A stretch of 64,000 bases of DNA from Eledone cirrhosa (Eukaryota). This document shows, piece by piece, positions 43,812-59,705 of this stretch. Below the pieces are notes generated by a model. It did not search any database. It saw nothing but the letters and a program-made list of their open reading frames with translations, and had not been told where the DNA came from. A program made the translations under genes and the position numbers. Location of the stretch: contig OZ024741.1 in the NCBI GenBank assembly GCA_964016885.1, forward strand, positions 326,740,001-326,804,000, written 5' to 3'. Each line of letters starts with the position of its first letter. Position 1 is the first letter of the stretch.

Positions 43812-43993
43812 TAATTTAATATATCTACTAACATAAGCGCACAGATGTAAGCTAATGCCAGCAAATACACAGGTTATGTCATAGTACCTAGGTGGTTCAA
43901 TGCGGGAGGATGCAGAACAATAATATAAAAGATAAAATAAGAAAATTAAAAAAAAAATTGTTTATAAAATTAACTTACTTTCTTAAATTTTCA

Positions 43994-44073
43994 CTCCAAC
44001 TAATTAGTTTCTGCAATGGGATAAAGACAGTTACGCAATGAACTGTTGAGAATTTCATTGCGTCATCAGGGAG
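43994..44073 (-). ncRNA. Hammerhead ribozyme
   Basis: Minus strand: CTCC-CTGATGA-CGCAATG...CATTGCA-GAAA-CTAATTAG-TT-GGAG. Confidence 0.8.
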
Positions 44074-44546
44074 GTCTATTCTCAGCCAAGTCTCCAGGCA
44101 ATGCGCGGACACTGGGGACTCATATAAAAATAATAATAATTCGGTAAATGGAACAGCTATCGAGGACTGGATTCCAGGCACTGAAAATTCTCACTGCTAC
44201 TGGTCAAATGGCCGATTCTAAAGAATCAATCACGTGACACAGAGGCTAGTCAGTAGGAATGGCATGGTAAGATGACAGATGCCTACTAACACCCCCCAAA
44301 AAATTAGTAGTGGTTTTGGCAGGTTTGCTCGACAAATCAGTGATTTGGAGATAAATATAGATAATTAAATATATCTACTAACATAAGCGCACAGATGTAC
44401 GCTAATTCCAGCAAATACACAGGTTATGTCATAGTACCTATGTGGTTCAATGCAGGAGGATGCAGAACAATAATATAAAATACGTAAAACAAGAAAATAA
44501 AAAAAAAATAAAATTTTTTAAGTTAACTTACTTACTTAAATTTTCA

Positions 44547-44626
44547 CTCCAACTAATTAGTTTCTGCAATGGGATAAAGACAGTTACGCAATGAACTGTT
44601 GAGAATTTCATTGCGTCATCAGGGAG
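44547..44626 (-). ncRNA. Hammerhead ribozyme, unit 2
   Basis: Identical to 43994-44073. Confidence 0.8.
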
Positions 44627-44864
44627 GTCTATTCTCAGCCAAGTCTCCAGGCAATGCGCGGACACTGGGGACTCATATAAAAATAATAATAATTCGGTAA
44701 ATGGAACAGCTATCGAGGACTGGATTCCAGGCACTGAAAATTCTCACTGCTACTGGTCAAATGGCCGATTCTAAAGAATCAATCACGTGACACAGAAGCT
44801 AGTCAGTAGGAATGGGATGGTAAGATGACAGACGCCTACTGACACCCCCCAAAAAAATTAGTAG

Positions 44865-44896
<32 letters not shown>

Positions 44897-45388
44897 GGTG
44901 TGAGAGGCAGCACGATTATACCAGCTATGAGTCGTAGTTGACCACCAGGCCAAAGTCTCCCAGGTTGGCCACAACTACTTTCCCTATTTTTCCACGGTTA
45001 CGTTTTTGAATGTTTCTTTCACCTGTGTCTTCCTACGATGGGACCTGTACACTTTTTTTCCTCCTATTCCTTTCCTATTTTTCCCCTGCCCCTCCCCCTG
45101 GCTTCCACTCTCTTCATCTTTTTCCCCCTGTTCTTCCTCCTTTCCCTCTCTTTCCTTTTCTCTCCTTTTTTTCTCTCCCCTTTTCCACCTGTCCTTTTTT
45201 ATTAATAAAAGGCCTCGGGCGCACCGGACTACGCCGATGTCCTGTAATTCAGCGCCGAAACATCGGTTCAGGAAACATTTACAGCTGACGATGGAAACAC
45301 CTTTCTTTCTTTCTCCTCCTGTTCCGTCCTAACCACCATTCTAAACCTTGTTTTTAGTAACCACACAGCTCCTTTCGTTTCATAACGT

Positions 45389-47383
<1,995 letters not shown>

Positions 47384-47471
47384 AGAGTATTGAAGTTTGC
47401 TTGAAGCATTGTGGAACAATAAGTCAATATTTGTAAGTCGTTTGGAAGCCTCGACAATGCAAATGGGTAAC

Positions 47472-48896
47472 TTAAACCAGCCATTTCATTTCGCTTCTCT
47501 CTAATCGGTTGTTTATTTGCGGTTGCAGTTGTTTGATAAGAAGCGCTTCCTTAATACGTAACGTGCCGACGTTTCTTTCAGTCGCTAGAATTGTGACAAT
47601 GGGCCTTCCGTCTTTGTTTCCGCATTTGTCTATGTGTTTCCAGAAAGGCGAGGCCCTGGTTTTAATGTGTTCCTTGATCCGGATGTGCAAAGGTCGAATT
47701 GTGCTACCTATGTAGTATTGGTTGCACCTGTCACATTCTATCTTATACACGACGTATGTGGGTAGGCAACAGTTAGCATGGCGTATCGGGCAGTCTCTGA
47801 GGGAGCATGCGTCAGTAGATTTTTCGGGTTTTCTGGAGAGGCATCTTCGCAGGGAGGGGCCCGAGTGGGCCAGGTGGATGTCGAGGCCCTCCCTCCGTAT
47901 AGCCTTGCGGATAGCGTTGGTGGTTTTCTCGCCCAGGTGTGGCATTTTAAGGAAGCACTTGCCTTGTGTGCTTCTCTGTCTCTTGCGTCTGGTGTCTCCT
48001 ATTCTGTCTGTGATCGAGGTAGGGTACCCGTTTGTCTCCAGCACCTCGAGGAATCGCTTGGTATGAGTGACACCACTGGCGGGATCGCTGCATCTGTTTG
48101 TGATTCGCGCGATCTCGTTCGTGATGTATCCTCTTTTGGCACTGTTAGGGAGGGCGGACTTGTAGTGAACGAATAGGTCCCTGCAGGCTGCCTTTCTGTA
48201 GAAGTTGCAGTGGATCCCTCCTTGTTCTGTGATGTTGATCCGGAAGTAGAGGAGGGCAAGTGACCCGTCTTCGTTGGGGTGTTCAACACTGAAGTCAATG
48301 TTCTCGTCCGTGTTGTTGAACGTCTCATAGATTCTGTTCGCCGTGTCTTGGGAAGATGTGAGGATGAGGACATCGACCACGTATCTTGAGAAAAAGGCTA
48401 CGGCGTTGGGGTGGCAGGCGTTGAGAGCCTTTCGTTCGAGGTTGTCCATGTAGGAGATCGCTAGCACACCTGATAGACTTGATCCCATGGGCAATCCCGA
48501 GGTTTGTTGGTATATTTGGTCAAGGAATCCGAAGTAGGTGTTGTCGACGACGATGGATAGGAGTTGGTGGATGTCAGTGGTGGTGAGCCCGAAGCAGTGT
48601 AGGTCGGTGGATTGGACGCGTTCCATTAGTATATTGACGGCCGGGAGTGCCGGGACCGAGGTGTAGAGAGCGACTACATCAAGGCTGAAGGCATATCTGT
48701 TATTCTTTCTGGTGTCGGGATCCATTTGATGCAGGCGCTTCAACACCTCCTCGGAGCTGTTAACGTGTCGCGGCAAGGTGTCTAAGATGGGTTTGAGTAT
48801 TCTGGCTAGGAGCCATGAAATTTTGTAGAGTGGTCTCTCCACGCTCGATATGATGGGCCTGATTTTCAGGTCGGGTCCCTGTTTGTGTGTTTTCAC
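47472..48896 (-). pseudogene. PLE RT + GIY-YIG (catalytic YVDD reads YVVD)
   Basis: IRPIISS, FSLDVVALYTSV, YQQTSGLPMGSSLS, SRYVVDVLI and VVYKIECDRCNQYYIGST..RIKEH..WKH (CCHH). Upstream SDKG lies in another frame. Confidence 0.85.
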
Positions 48897-50022
48897 GAGG
48901 TGGTAGAAGGCGGGTAGTCTGCTGTTTCTCGTGAGGAGGTTGTATCTCAGCTTCTTCGGGAGCTTCCGCAGGTCGCAGATGTTGGTCCAGGCGGTTTTGA
49001 TGTGTTCTTCTATCTGCGCGGGCGTGATTCCCGTGACCTTGGAGTAGAGGTTGTCATCGTCAAGGTGTTGTACGCCTCTCTGCTGATGACGCAGAATTAT
49101 TTTCCCTTGTCGGAGGGGAGATAGATGAGGTTCTTCGATTTTAGGTTGGAGAGAGTGTTGAGATGAGATTTGGTGAGGTTATGTGTTGTGCGTGTGTGTG
49201 TGTGTTTGTGAAGTATATCCGAGATAGAGTGTTTAAGCCTGATGAGTTTGGTGTCGAGTTCGTGGTTGGTGGGTGGGGGGGGTGGAGAGGGTTGTCGGGG
49301 TGGTAAGCACATACGTCGTGTATAAGATAGAATGTGACAGGTGCAACCAATACTACATAGGTAGCACAGTTCGACCTTTGCACATCCGGATCAAGGAACA
49401 CATTAAAACCAGGGCCTCGTGTTTCCGGAAACACATAGACAAATGCGGAAACAAAGACGGAAGGCCCATTGTCACAATTCTAGCGACTGAAAGAAACGTC
49501 GGCACGTTAGGTATTAAGGAAGCGCTTCTTATCAAACAACTGCAACCGCAAATAAACAACAGATTAGAGAGAAGCGAAATGAAATGGCTGGTTTAAGTTA
49601 ACAAGCGATGCAACAACACACAACACACGCACACACACACACAAACACGCAAACGAGACAACTACACACACACACACACACACGCACACACACAGTAGCA
49701 TTCCACCATACGAACATACTACACTGCCAGTACAGATGAACAAGGCAACAACACACGCACACACACACACACACACACACACTCAAGCGAGACAACAACA
49801 CACGCACACACAATCACAGTAACATTTAACAAACAGGCAGAGAATGGACTGACAGCTAGCGCCATCCCACTCCCTCATTCGGACGCTGACCTCTGTACGA
49901 CCGACCCCATTTCACGCGCACGCGCGCTCGGCCGAATACCTCAGATATTCAAATCAACAGACAGCGAAAGACGCATTCTGAGTTGTCCGACAGACAACCT
50001 TCTCCTCCACCCCGGAAAAAAA

Positions 50023-50059
50023 ACCCTGTTGATGGATGTGAATCCGAAATATATAGGGA
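50023..50059 (+). ncRNA. Decayed minimal hammerhead in pLTR
   Basis: CC-CTGTTGA-TGGATGTGAATCC-GAAA-TATA-TA-GG. Confidence 0.55.
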
Positions 50060-50276
50060 CTATTAAATCTCTCCCAAGGTAACTCTCTCTCTTGTGTTGT
50101 TATTATTCTTTTTATTCTTTTACTCTTCCCTTCATTCTACACATCTCACACATCTTATACACACCACGCATCTCAACGTACACCCACTTACATATCTCTC
50201 GCTCCACCACCGGACCTTGTTACCCGGAGATTTACCCATTTGCATTGTCGAGGCTTCCAAACGACTTACAAATATT

Positions 50277-50426
<150 letters not shown>

Positions 50427-50594
50427 CATATATATATATACATATATATATAAACATATATATATACATATATATATATAGATATATATATATACATATA
50501 TATATACATATATATATATATACATATATATATACATATATATATACATATATATATACATATATATATATATACATATATATATATACACATA

Positions 50595-50756
<162 letters not shown>

Positions 50757-50763
50757 TATATAC

Positions 50764-50852
<89 letters not shown>

Positions 50853-50861
50853 CATATATAT

Positions 50862-50893
<32 letters not shown>

Positions 50894-50894
<1 letters not shown>

Positions 50895-51517
50895 CTCGAT
50901 CTTTCTAATATTTTTAGCTCTGGACCTAGCTATCCACCAGTTAATTTTATTGCTCATTTTTTGTCGATTGTCTTGAGTGATGAATAGCTCCTGTTTTATT
51001 TTAACATGTCTATTGAGCACTCTTATTCGATATGTGTACTTCCACATTTCCTCGAATAGTTTTCGCGGATGTAGAGGTTATCTCCCTTGCCTGATTCCAT
51101 GTGCGTATTTCGCTTGTAGTTAGCCTCTTATCCGCTAGGAAAAAGCCCGTTGATGAAGTAAACTTCCATTCCGCTTGCTCTAGAAGCCTTATATATTTAT
51201 ATGTGAGCTGATAGAGTACAGTCTAAGGATTTACAGAAACCCAAGAAGCTAGATTTAACACCTTTCTAGTGGGTCCGGGTATGATTTTACATTCAGTTAA
51301 ATTATTGATGTATTGTTTTATTGATATTTTTTATCTGTTTGTCCCGAATCTTCTATTATCGATTTTTTATCGTATGGTTGATTTTAGACTTGTTCTATGT
51401 GTGACGGTATTTTAACGATAGTTATAGCTCTGATTCATCTGAATTATTGAGCCCTCTGCCGCTCATTTCGAATATTGTTTATCGTGAAATCGTGCGCTGA
51501 TTTTTTGATACTCGATC

Positions 51518-51526
<9 letters not shown>
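50894..51526 (+). mobile_element. Retrozyme-like family E: single 616 bp monomer with 17 bp terminal redundancy
   Basis: ACTCGATCTTTCTAATA at 50894-50910 and 51510-51526. (TA)n on both sides. One internal HHR. Confidence 0.75.
51145..51280 (+). ncRNA. Hammerhead ribozyme with extended helices II and III (U3-G8 core)
   Basis: GCCCG-TTGATGA-AGTAAA...TTTACA-GAAA-CCCA...TGGG-TC-CGGGT. Confidence 0.78.
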
Positions 51527-51582
<56 letters not shown>

Positions 51583-51642
51583 CACAAATGTAAGTATGTA
51601 TGTATACGTACATACATATATGTATACAGACGTACAGTAGCA

Positions 51643-51684
<42 letters not shown>

Positions 51685-51836
51685 CAGGTACACATACATA
51701 TATGTACGCATCAATTTAGCGGACGCTTATTATAGCGCCGACTTTGTTCGTTTGTAAACAAACTGAACAGCCTGAATTTATGCCGCACGGTGTTAAGGCA
51801 ACCACGTCATCTTTTTTTTCAACACTGACACAAGAA

Positions 51837-51877
51837 CGATGTACTAGTTTCAAGCTTGTTAGCTATCATCAGCACCG
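51837..51877 (-). ncRNA. Minimal hammerhead ribozyme
   Basis: Exact reverse complement of 52013-52053. Confidence 0.85.
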
Positions 51878-52012
51878 TATACCCATCTACCAGATAGTTG
51901 AACGTTCCAAAGTATATACTTTCCTTGAACGTTCGAAAGTATATACTTTCCGTTAATTTTCATAAGGAAAGTATATACTTTCGAACGTTCAACTATCTGG
52001 CAGATGGGTATA

Positions 52013-52053
52013 CGGTGCTGATGATAGCTAACAAGCTTGAAACTAGTACATCG
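52013..52053 (+). ncRNA. Minimal hammerhead ribozyme
   Basis: CGGTG-CTGATGA-TAGCTAACAAGCTT-GAAA-CTAG-TA-CATCG. Helix III is palindromic (ACTAGT); site is GUA. Confidence 0.87.
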
Positions 52054-52204
52054 TTCCTGTGTGAGTGTTGAACAAAAAGGTGACGTGGTTGCCTTAACAC
52101 CGTGCGTCATAAATTCAGGCTGTTCAGTTTGTTTACAAACGAACAAAGCGGGCGCTATAATAAGCGCCGCTAAACTGATGCGTACATATATGTATGTGTA
52201 CCTG

Positions 52205-52324
<120 letters not shown>

Positions 52325-52561
52325 TGCTACTGTACGTCTGTATACATATATGTATGTACGTATACATACATACTTACATTTAAGTAAGTGCCGTTCTAAG
52401 AGTGAGAAATGAAATTTCGTTTTGATTTTATTACAACTCATCGTTTTCGGTGCGCCTGACCGATTTAACTCACTCGATATGCAAATTAGGCTGCTCAGCC
52501 GTTAATTTTCATAAGGAAAGTATATACTTTCGAACGTTCAACTATCTGGCAGATGGGTATA

Positions 52562-52602
52562 CGGTGCTGATGATAGCTAACACGCTTGAAACTAGTACAT
52601 CG
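52562..52602 (+). ncRNA. Minimal hammerhead ribozyme, unit 2
   Basis: As 52013 with one helix II change. Confidence 0.85.
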
Positions 52603-52758
52603 TTCCTGTGTCAGTGTTGAACAAAAAGGTGACGTGGTTGCCTTAACACCGTGCGGCATAAATTCAGGCTGTTCAGTTTGTTTACAGACGAACAAAGCGG
52701 GCGCTATAATAAGCGTCCGTTAAACTGATACGTACATATATGTGTGTGTACCTGTATG

Positions 52759-52837
<79 letters not shown>

Positions 52838-52953
52838 ATACTACTGTACGTCTGTATACATATATGTATGTACGTATACATACATACTTACATTTAAGTA
52901 AGTGCCGTACTAAGAGTGAGAAATGAAATTTCGTTTTCATTTTATTACAACTC

Positions 52954-53062
<109 letters not shown>

Positions 53063-53167
53063 TGTATATATATATACACACACATATAGATAGATATATA
53101 CACATATATATATATATATATATACACACACATATATATATATATATACACACACATATATATATAT

Positions 53168-53234
<67 letters not shown>

Positions 53235-53238
<4 letters not shown>

Positions 53239-53479
53239 TAAAAGGAAAAGAAAATGCTTACAAATTGTTCCCAGTGAAAAATAGTTTAATTAGGAATAAG
53301 CAAAAATCAGTAATAGTATTGGTTAGTATTCAGTTTTGGTTTTAAGTTTTTACCGGTTCCGCATTCCTAATGCTTTTCAAAAATAATTTTGAGATAGAGC
53401 GCCCGTGATGTTTGCTCTAATCTGATTAGAGCAAACATCACGGGCGCTCTATCTCAAAATTATTTTTGAAAAGCATTAG
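53235..53479 (-). mobile_element. Neptune-like PLE terminus with a perfect 113 bp palindrome and a U3-A8 HHR
   Basis: Palindrome 53367-53479 centred on 53423. Minus strand 53347-53384 reads TTT-TTGAAAA-GCATTAGGAATGC-GGAA-CCGG-TA-AAA. Confidence 0.7.
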
Positions 53480-53639
53480 ACATAAAATAAAGTTGATATA
53501 ATGCTGATAGAAACTCTATCCTTCTAATGAATATCATTTAAGATGTTTCTTTAGTATTCTTTCTTTTACAAGTATGTTTTATGATCATATATAGATAATA
53601 AAACTTTATCATGTAATGGAGCTATTAAGTTGACAAATT

Positions 53640-54700
53640 AATGCAGGGTTTTTACTTCGAAATGTCATATCTCAATCCAGAATGAACTTTATTGATCGAA
53701 ACAAAAACCATTAGTATCTACACATATCTGAATACAAGACTCAAGTTAAATTTTTCCGGTAGCATATAATTCTAAAGTTATCTGGCCGATGAATTCTTCG
53801 GAAGCATTTTTTCCTGCTGTTTTGTTGTGGGAGGCCGTTTCTTCCAAGACGTTGTCCCAATTCATTGATAAATGGTGGCCGGCTGGTGAATGATCCGGTG
53901 ACTGTGTCGGTTGGGGCAGAGTTTCGTAGCCTAATTCCTTCAAACTGTAGAGCGTTGGTTGTGTGATGTGTTGTAGAGTGTTATCATGCAAGAAGATTCA
54001 ACGTATTCTGTTGCTGGACTCATACATTGCATTCATTTATGCATTTCATCCATTTAATGATAATGATTCTATACTGTGATTATTTCACCATCATTCATAA
54101 TGCTGTAACAGATTAATCTTGGTAGGACCAACAAAGAACCACCAGAACCTTACTTTGTAACAACCTCTATTTTAGAAGATTGATATGGGTTTAACTGCTA
54201 TGATCAACGTGGTAGGTCGTTGCGCATGATCCACATTCCGTCACACGTCACAACGCGCTCAATAAATGTTCGTCTTGAGAATGGCAGTCTTCATTGTGGC
54301 GATTTTTCTGGTTTTCGTTCAATTAGTGTGGCACCTACTTACCTAGTTACATTGACTCTCCAATTCGATTCAGAAGTTCATAATTTGTTCCAATACTTAC
54401 ATCTAGCCCTCGACTAGTTGCACAATGATTTTATATACAAAAATCTTTATTTCATCTTTGTTAATGGCAGAAGGACACCCGAGACCTTCATTATATTCAA
54501 CAGCGAATTTACAACGATGACGTTTTGAAATCAACATTACACTGAGCATTCATTCATTAACGCATCCTTGGCCACAAACGTGAATGCGTAACCGTGATCG
54601 TGTTTGAATTTATAGAATTAAATTCAGCGTAGATTCTGTTCAACACCATTAATTCAATGATCTGAAAATTGACAAATCACCAATTCATATTGCGAATAAA
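53640..54700 (-). mobile_element. Decayed mariner transposon
   Basis: HDNTLQH...LKELGYETLPQPTQSPDHSPAGHHL resembles the mariner HDNARPH...LPHPPYSPDLAPSDYHL region. Confidence 0.8.
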
Positions 54701-55971
54701 TTTCATAGAGAGAAAGAGTCTAAAATTCACTTTAAGATTATACATAATTTTACACAAGTTGCTTTATATTTCATTCTTAAAAATTACTGAAACAATTGAA
54801 AGCATAAATGCTGCATTAATTCGTGAATAACCTTGTTTATTAATTATCTAAATTCTCTATAATTCATTTTCTACAATTAAAATCTTTCCAAACCTTAATT
54901 TCTTTATCATTAGTAAATAAACGTTAAATGATATAGTTTTATATTGTATACATAAACGTGTTTGGACAGGAGTAAAAATAATGAAATAGATGTTAATATT
55001 TCGATAATTACAGTTTTGATGAATGTAATTTAGTTAATACTTTTTCGTTGTATTAATTATATTAATATATAATAAATTGTTAAAAATAATTAATTAATAT
55101 CCTATAATTATCGCTGATATTCATGTAATATTTAATCTGGTTTGTATCGTTTAATAGCTTTATATTAACGTAATAATTTTCATCTTTCTCTGTACTAGAT
55201 ACACTTGTACCCGAAGATGCGTTCACTAATAGAATTTAGATTAAGCATATAAACAATTCTCATGCACAAGAAAGAGTTATAAAAAAAATATTTACTTTAC
55301 AATATTAAGACTCGATTTACACATGAATGCAAATTATTCTCTTTATATTAAATATTTTCAACATATTAACTTCTTTATTTATTGACAATAGTTTATTCCC
55401 GATATTTCCGCAATTCCGTATTAAGTATACTATGTTAACTAGCTATTTTATTAAATATAATCGTAAATATATCTTCTAATATCATATCTAAATATTCACT
55501 TTTATTTTTCTAATTAGTCTATGTTATATAGTTTTTGTTATATAGAAACACAATGTATACATACTTCGATCACAAATGTTGGTTTAGTCATTTCGTCTAT
55601 TTAATCGTTTTTTTTTTTTGTTCATTCTTTCCTTTTTTATATTAGTCGAAACAGAGCAATACGTAACTTTTGTTTAGCTAAAGAGATGTTATAGTGATTA
55701 CGTATGGTCCACACAGTTATGACTTTTATAATTACTATATATATGCAGATATAACCATCTCTCTCTCTCCCTCACTCTCTAATATTTTCTCTATTCCCTG
55801 TTTGTTTTTCCCGTAATTATTTTATTGATTAGGTAATTATGCAATCTACACCCAGTTATGTCGCCATTATCTTACGTAACCAGGTCATTGAAACATATAG
55901 TGCTTTTGCAACAATAAAACTTTCAATGAATATCATCAGTCCGCCCTCCTGTTATTTTAATCTAGTTATTT

Positions 55972-55974
<3 letters not shown>

Positions 55975-56003
<29 letters not shown>

Positions 56004-56060
56004 TGTATGTATGTATGTATGTATGTATGTATGTATGTATGTATGTATGTATGTATGTAT
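55975..56060. repeat. (TATG)n microsatellite
   Basis: Directly visible. Confidence 0.95.
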
Positions 56061-56089
56061 CTATGTATATATATATATGCAATATAAAT

Positions 56090-58970
56090 GACAAAGAGTG
56101 TTTAAACTGTCAAACATTTAATCATTGGCGATTGTTTTATCCTAGCACAAGGCCGGATTCATCAGAGTTGATAACAAAAATCAAAGAAATATGAGATCAA
56201 AACTTTGTCACAAGAACATTAGGAGGATACATAATATGGGAGGTTAGATAAACATAAGCATCAAAATTTATATAAGGTAACTGAGGCAGAAAGAACTTGA
56301 AAAATAGGAACAGATAAATGCAATAAAATTAAAAGAAAACAAAAAGAAACATGCTATTACAGATAAGTTAAGTACAGTGAAACTCTTGCAATTCAAATAT
56401 AAATTTTAAAATATATCTCCAAAACATATTAAAAAAAAGAACATTAAAAAATAGATTAAAAAAACATTTCAAAATGTTTAGATGCACGTGTAGCATAGCC
56501 AGGGATTACAGAAAGGTGAAACACTATAAGCTCCACTACATAATTCAGTCATAATAATAATTACTTTTCAAAACGTCCAAAGGAGCTAATGTAATATTGA
56601 GTAAATAAATACAAACATCAAAGTAAACAATTCCAATACAGATGGAAGTATTATCAGTTAGGTACTCAAGACACCTCATCTAAACCACGATATATTTGAA
56701 TAAAAATATCCAGGGCTACTGATTGCAAAACTAAAGAACTTTAAAAGAATAATAAATTTACAAATTACAGAGAAAGAAATTATACTAAACATGTTAAGCA
56801 ATATTAAAGGATAAAGAATTTTCTAAGTTAATTTTACTAGTATTGAATAGTTAATATTAGATAAAAATAGAGGGTGAGGCAATGGTTTTTATGAAATTAT
56901 TAGCCAAAAATAAATATAAGCGAGGCTTGTCAGATAAGGTCTGTAAATAATGTATTATTAAGTGGCCTAGGGCGGTGGATTGGCAGTATCGGTAGAGGGT
57001 CGGACGCCATGCTTTCCAGCATAGTTACGTCCCTTTACGATCTGAGTTCAAATCCCGCCGAGGTTGAATTTGCCTTTCATCCTTACGGGGTCGATAAAAT
57101 AAAGTACCAGTAATGCACTGGGTAATTGCTGGCCTTGTGCCTAAAGTAGAAACAATTATTAAGTGGCTTAAATGTGATGTGGTGGTTATAATAAAATGTA
57201 GCGGTAATAGAAGGGATCAGAGAGGGGGTGCAAAGAATGGTAGACACTATATAGTAGTTAAATATATTATAAACATTTAGATTTAAAAGTGCAATTAAAT
57301 AATTATTATACAGTGATACTAATGGAACTACAAAAAAAAAAGGTATATATCTACATTGCTATAAATTATTTAATATGTCTAAAATAGTGAAAAGATTAAT
57401 ATGAGGACAAGTGGAAAAGATTTCAGATATCCTATTTGATAAATTTAGTTTAGATTAAATAATCATATGCGACTCCAGAAGGCAAAGGTTACACATTTTT
57501 AATAGGATGTTTATAGGATGAAGTTTTGGCACTGACCTTCAAGGTAAGGGTATCAAAAATGATATAAAACTAGATAATGAAGTCGCATGCTTAAACTTAG
57601 AGTTGTTGAAAGTATTAATATGGGAATTATACCTCGTCTTAAGTGGCACCAATATAGATTTTGGAGCTTATGGAAGTGGTGATAGTACAGGAATAAACAG
57701 TATTCTTAACGAGGCAATTTCCATTAAGAGGGCATACATTATTAAGTCTACAATTACAGTTATGGTTATTGATTAAGCAGTTTTGTGGGTAAAGATGTGA
57801 AGAGTTATTACAGATAGATATATGAGTGCTGCAATTACTATTAATATTCCTATAAGTCCTAGATATTAATGTATTATGAGAGTGGTTACTAGTATTATTA
57901 GGTGCAATATTGTTAAACGTATCTGCTGATTGTCAATTGTTATTTAAGTTACAATAAGTAACATAGTTATTAATTTTCCTATGATTACTATGCGCTATGT
58001 GATTAGCAATGTCAGGTGTAGTTGAATAATAGATTTTAATGGTATTTCTATTAATTAAATTATGGTATTTGTGATTAGTGGGATTTTTTTTCTCAATAAT
58101 AGAGAAGAATACTCTAGGTGTATTAGTAGATATATTTAAGTTGGAAGGTGGATTAAAATATGAATTAAGCCTTATATGATTTTTATTTTTGTTACTAATA
58201 AGTGTATTATTAAAGTGATTAGGATTAAAACAATTTTGATTATTACCTTCAGTTTAACATTATAGATGTTTGGTTTAGTGTTATTACTATGCTTTTTATT
58301 CAAAATATTTGTTTTTATCATTAAGATGTTTTTGTTATAGAGAAAATGGTCATTAGTGCTATGGGGAATTTTAGAAGGGTGCGTGTCATTATTTAAACTA
58401 ATGTTTCCATTAATTATATTATTATCATCTTTATTAGTTTGTATATTTCTGGATCTTTTCATAGCCATATTGTGTGAAATAATATTAGGTTGTTTATTGT
58501 AGTAAGCAAACGAGTTTTCAGGCATAAACTTAATTTCTTTTTTATAGCCTGAATGTCATAAAACTTCATTATAATAATGAGCATTATGGTTAAAAATAGA
58601 TTCATTATAGGATAAATTACTAATTCTATTAGATACATCTTTAATAATTGAATTTAAGAGAAATCTCGAGTGGTTAGGGTGGTTAGAATTGGTATCAACA
58701 TAAAAATGTTTTTCACTAGGTTTATGGTAAGGTGTAAAGGTATTCGTATCTAAGCATAGGGTAACGTCAAGGAAATTAACAGTTTTGGTGTTTTTTATCC
58801 AAAGTAATACTTAGGTTTAAACTTTTGAATAATTTATCCTAGTTCTTTCAATATTATATTTTTTATAATCGAAAATGAATAATGCATCATCACGATATAA
58901 TCCATCTTTCAGATATGGTAATATTTTATGTATATCGTTTAAAGGATATAAGCCAACTCAATGAGTGACA
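56090..58970 (-). mobile_element. Old AT-rich Hydra-like PLE with a decayed HHR (56105-56169) and a nested SINE
   Basis: Minus strand has GLYRDDA (~58882-58903), VNFLDVTL (~58758-58781) and PYHKP. HHR reads AACT-CTGATGA-ATCC..GGAT-AAAA-CAA..TTG-AC-AGTT. Confidence 0.65.
56970..57160 (+). mobile_element. Full-length tRNA-derived SINE (family 1) with probable TSD
   Basis: Box A and box B present. ATTATTAAGTGGC occurs on both sides (~56954 and ~57155). Confidence 0.88.
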
Positions 58971-59130
58971 ATCGTAAGGTTGTGATTTCGATTCCCGACG
59001 GGGTGATGCGTTATGTCCTTGTGCCAGAAATGTTATTTCACGTAGCTCCTTCTACCTGGAGTTGCAACTGATAGATAGTACAGTCCGATTTTGCGAAAGT
59101 CGATCTACTATCTATCTATCTATATATATA

Positions 59131-59186
<56 letters not shown>

Positions 59187-59433
59187 TGAAATTAAAAGAA
59201 ATGGAGTTAGAGACTCACATTAATCCCCTATAATTTAATGAGCTCAATGCATAGATACTGGGCTATTTATAAGACAGCATATAGAGAAAAACACACAAGG
59301 GACCTTATTTTAAATAAAGGGGATATAATACGACCAGAGTAAAAAATCATATTATCAACGAACGGAATGAAAAATACATAAAAATTAAAACGATAAATTA
59401 ACATGTATAGACCATTTGTTTTATAACTATATC

Positions 59434-59508
59434 TCCTGGAAACGTTCTCAGCATGTTTAGTCACGACAAAAAGTGTAGAAACAAACCACCGAGGACTTAT
59501 CAACAGGA
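59434..59508 (-). ncRNA. Decayed U3-A8 hammerhead in a ~460 bp non-coding segment between microsatellites
   Basis: Minus strand: TCCTG-TTGATAA-GTC...GAC-TAAA-CATG...CGTT-TC-CAGGA. Confidence 0.5.
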
Positions 59509-59653
59509 AGTACGACAGCATGATCCACACTTCTAATAATATATCACATATATTTATAGTTGGATGAGCCATGGATTCAAGAGACAGGCGCGATCGATAC
59601 CTCGTTCCTACTCCTACTTCATCTTATATTACACACTTACAGACAGACAGAAT

Positions 59654-59705
<52 letters not shown>

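Larger units (their letters stand above)
43808..44866 (-). repeat. Retrozyme-like family D: ~1.9 tandem ~553 bp units, one HHR each
   Basis: Near-identical units (same 68-aa pseudo-ORF at 43975 and 44528). Flanked by TA/GA microsatellite. Confidence 0.9.

Noticed and set aside
43975-44734. Duplicated 68-aa ORF in family D, and 65-104 aa ORFs in families A and F
   Set aside because: No recognisable motifs; the identity reflects recent tandem duplication.
45280-45345. CTGACGATGGAAAC hammerhead-like core
   Set aside because: Flanking helices do not close convincingly.
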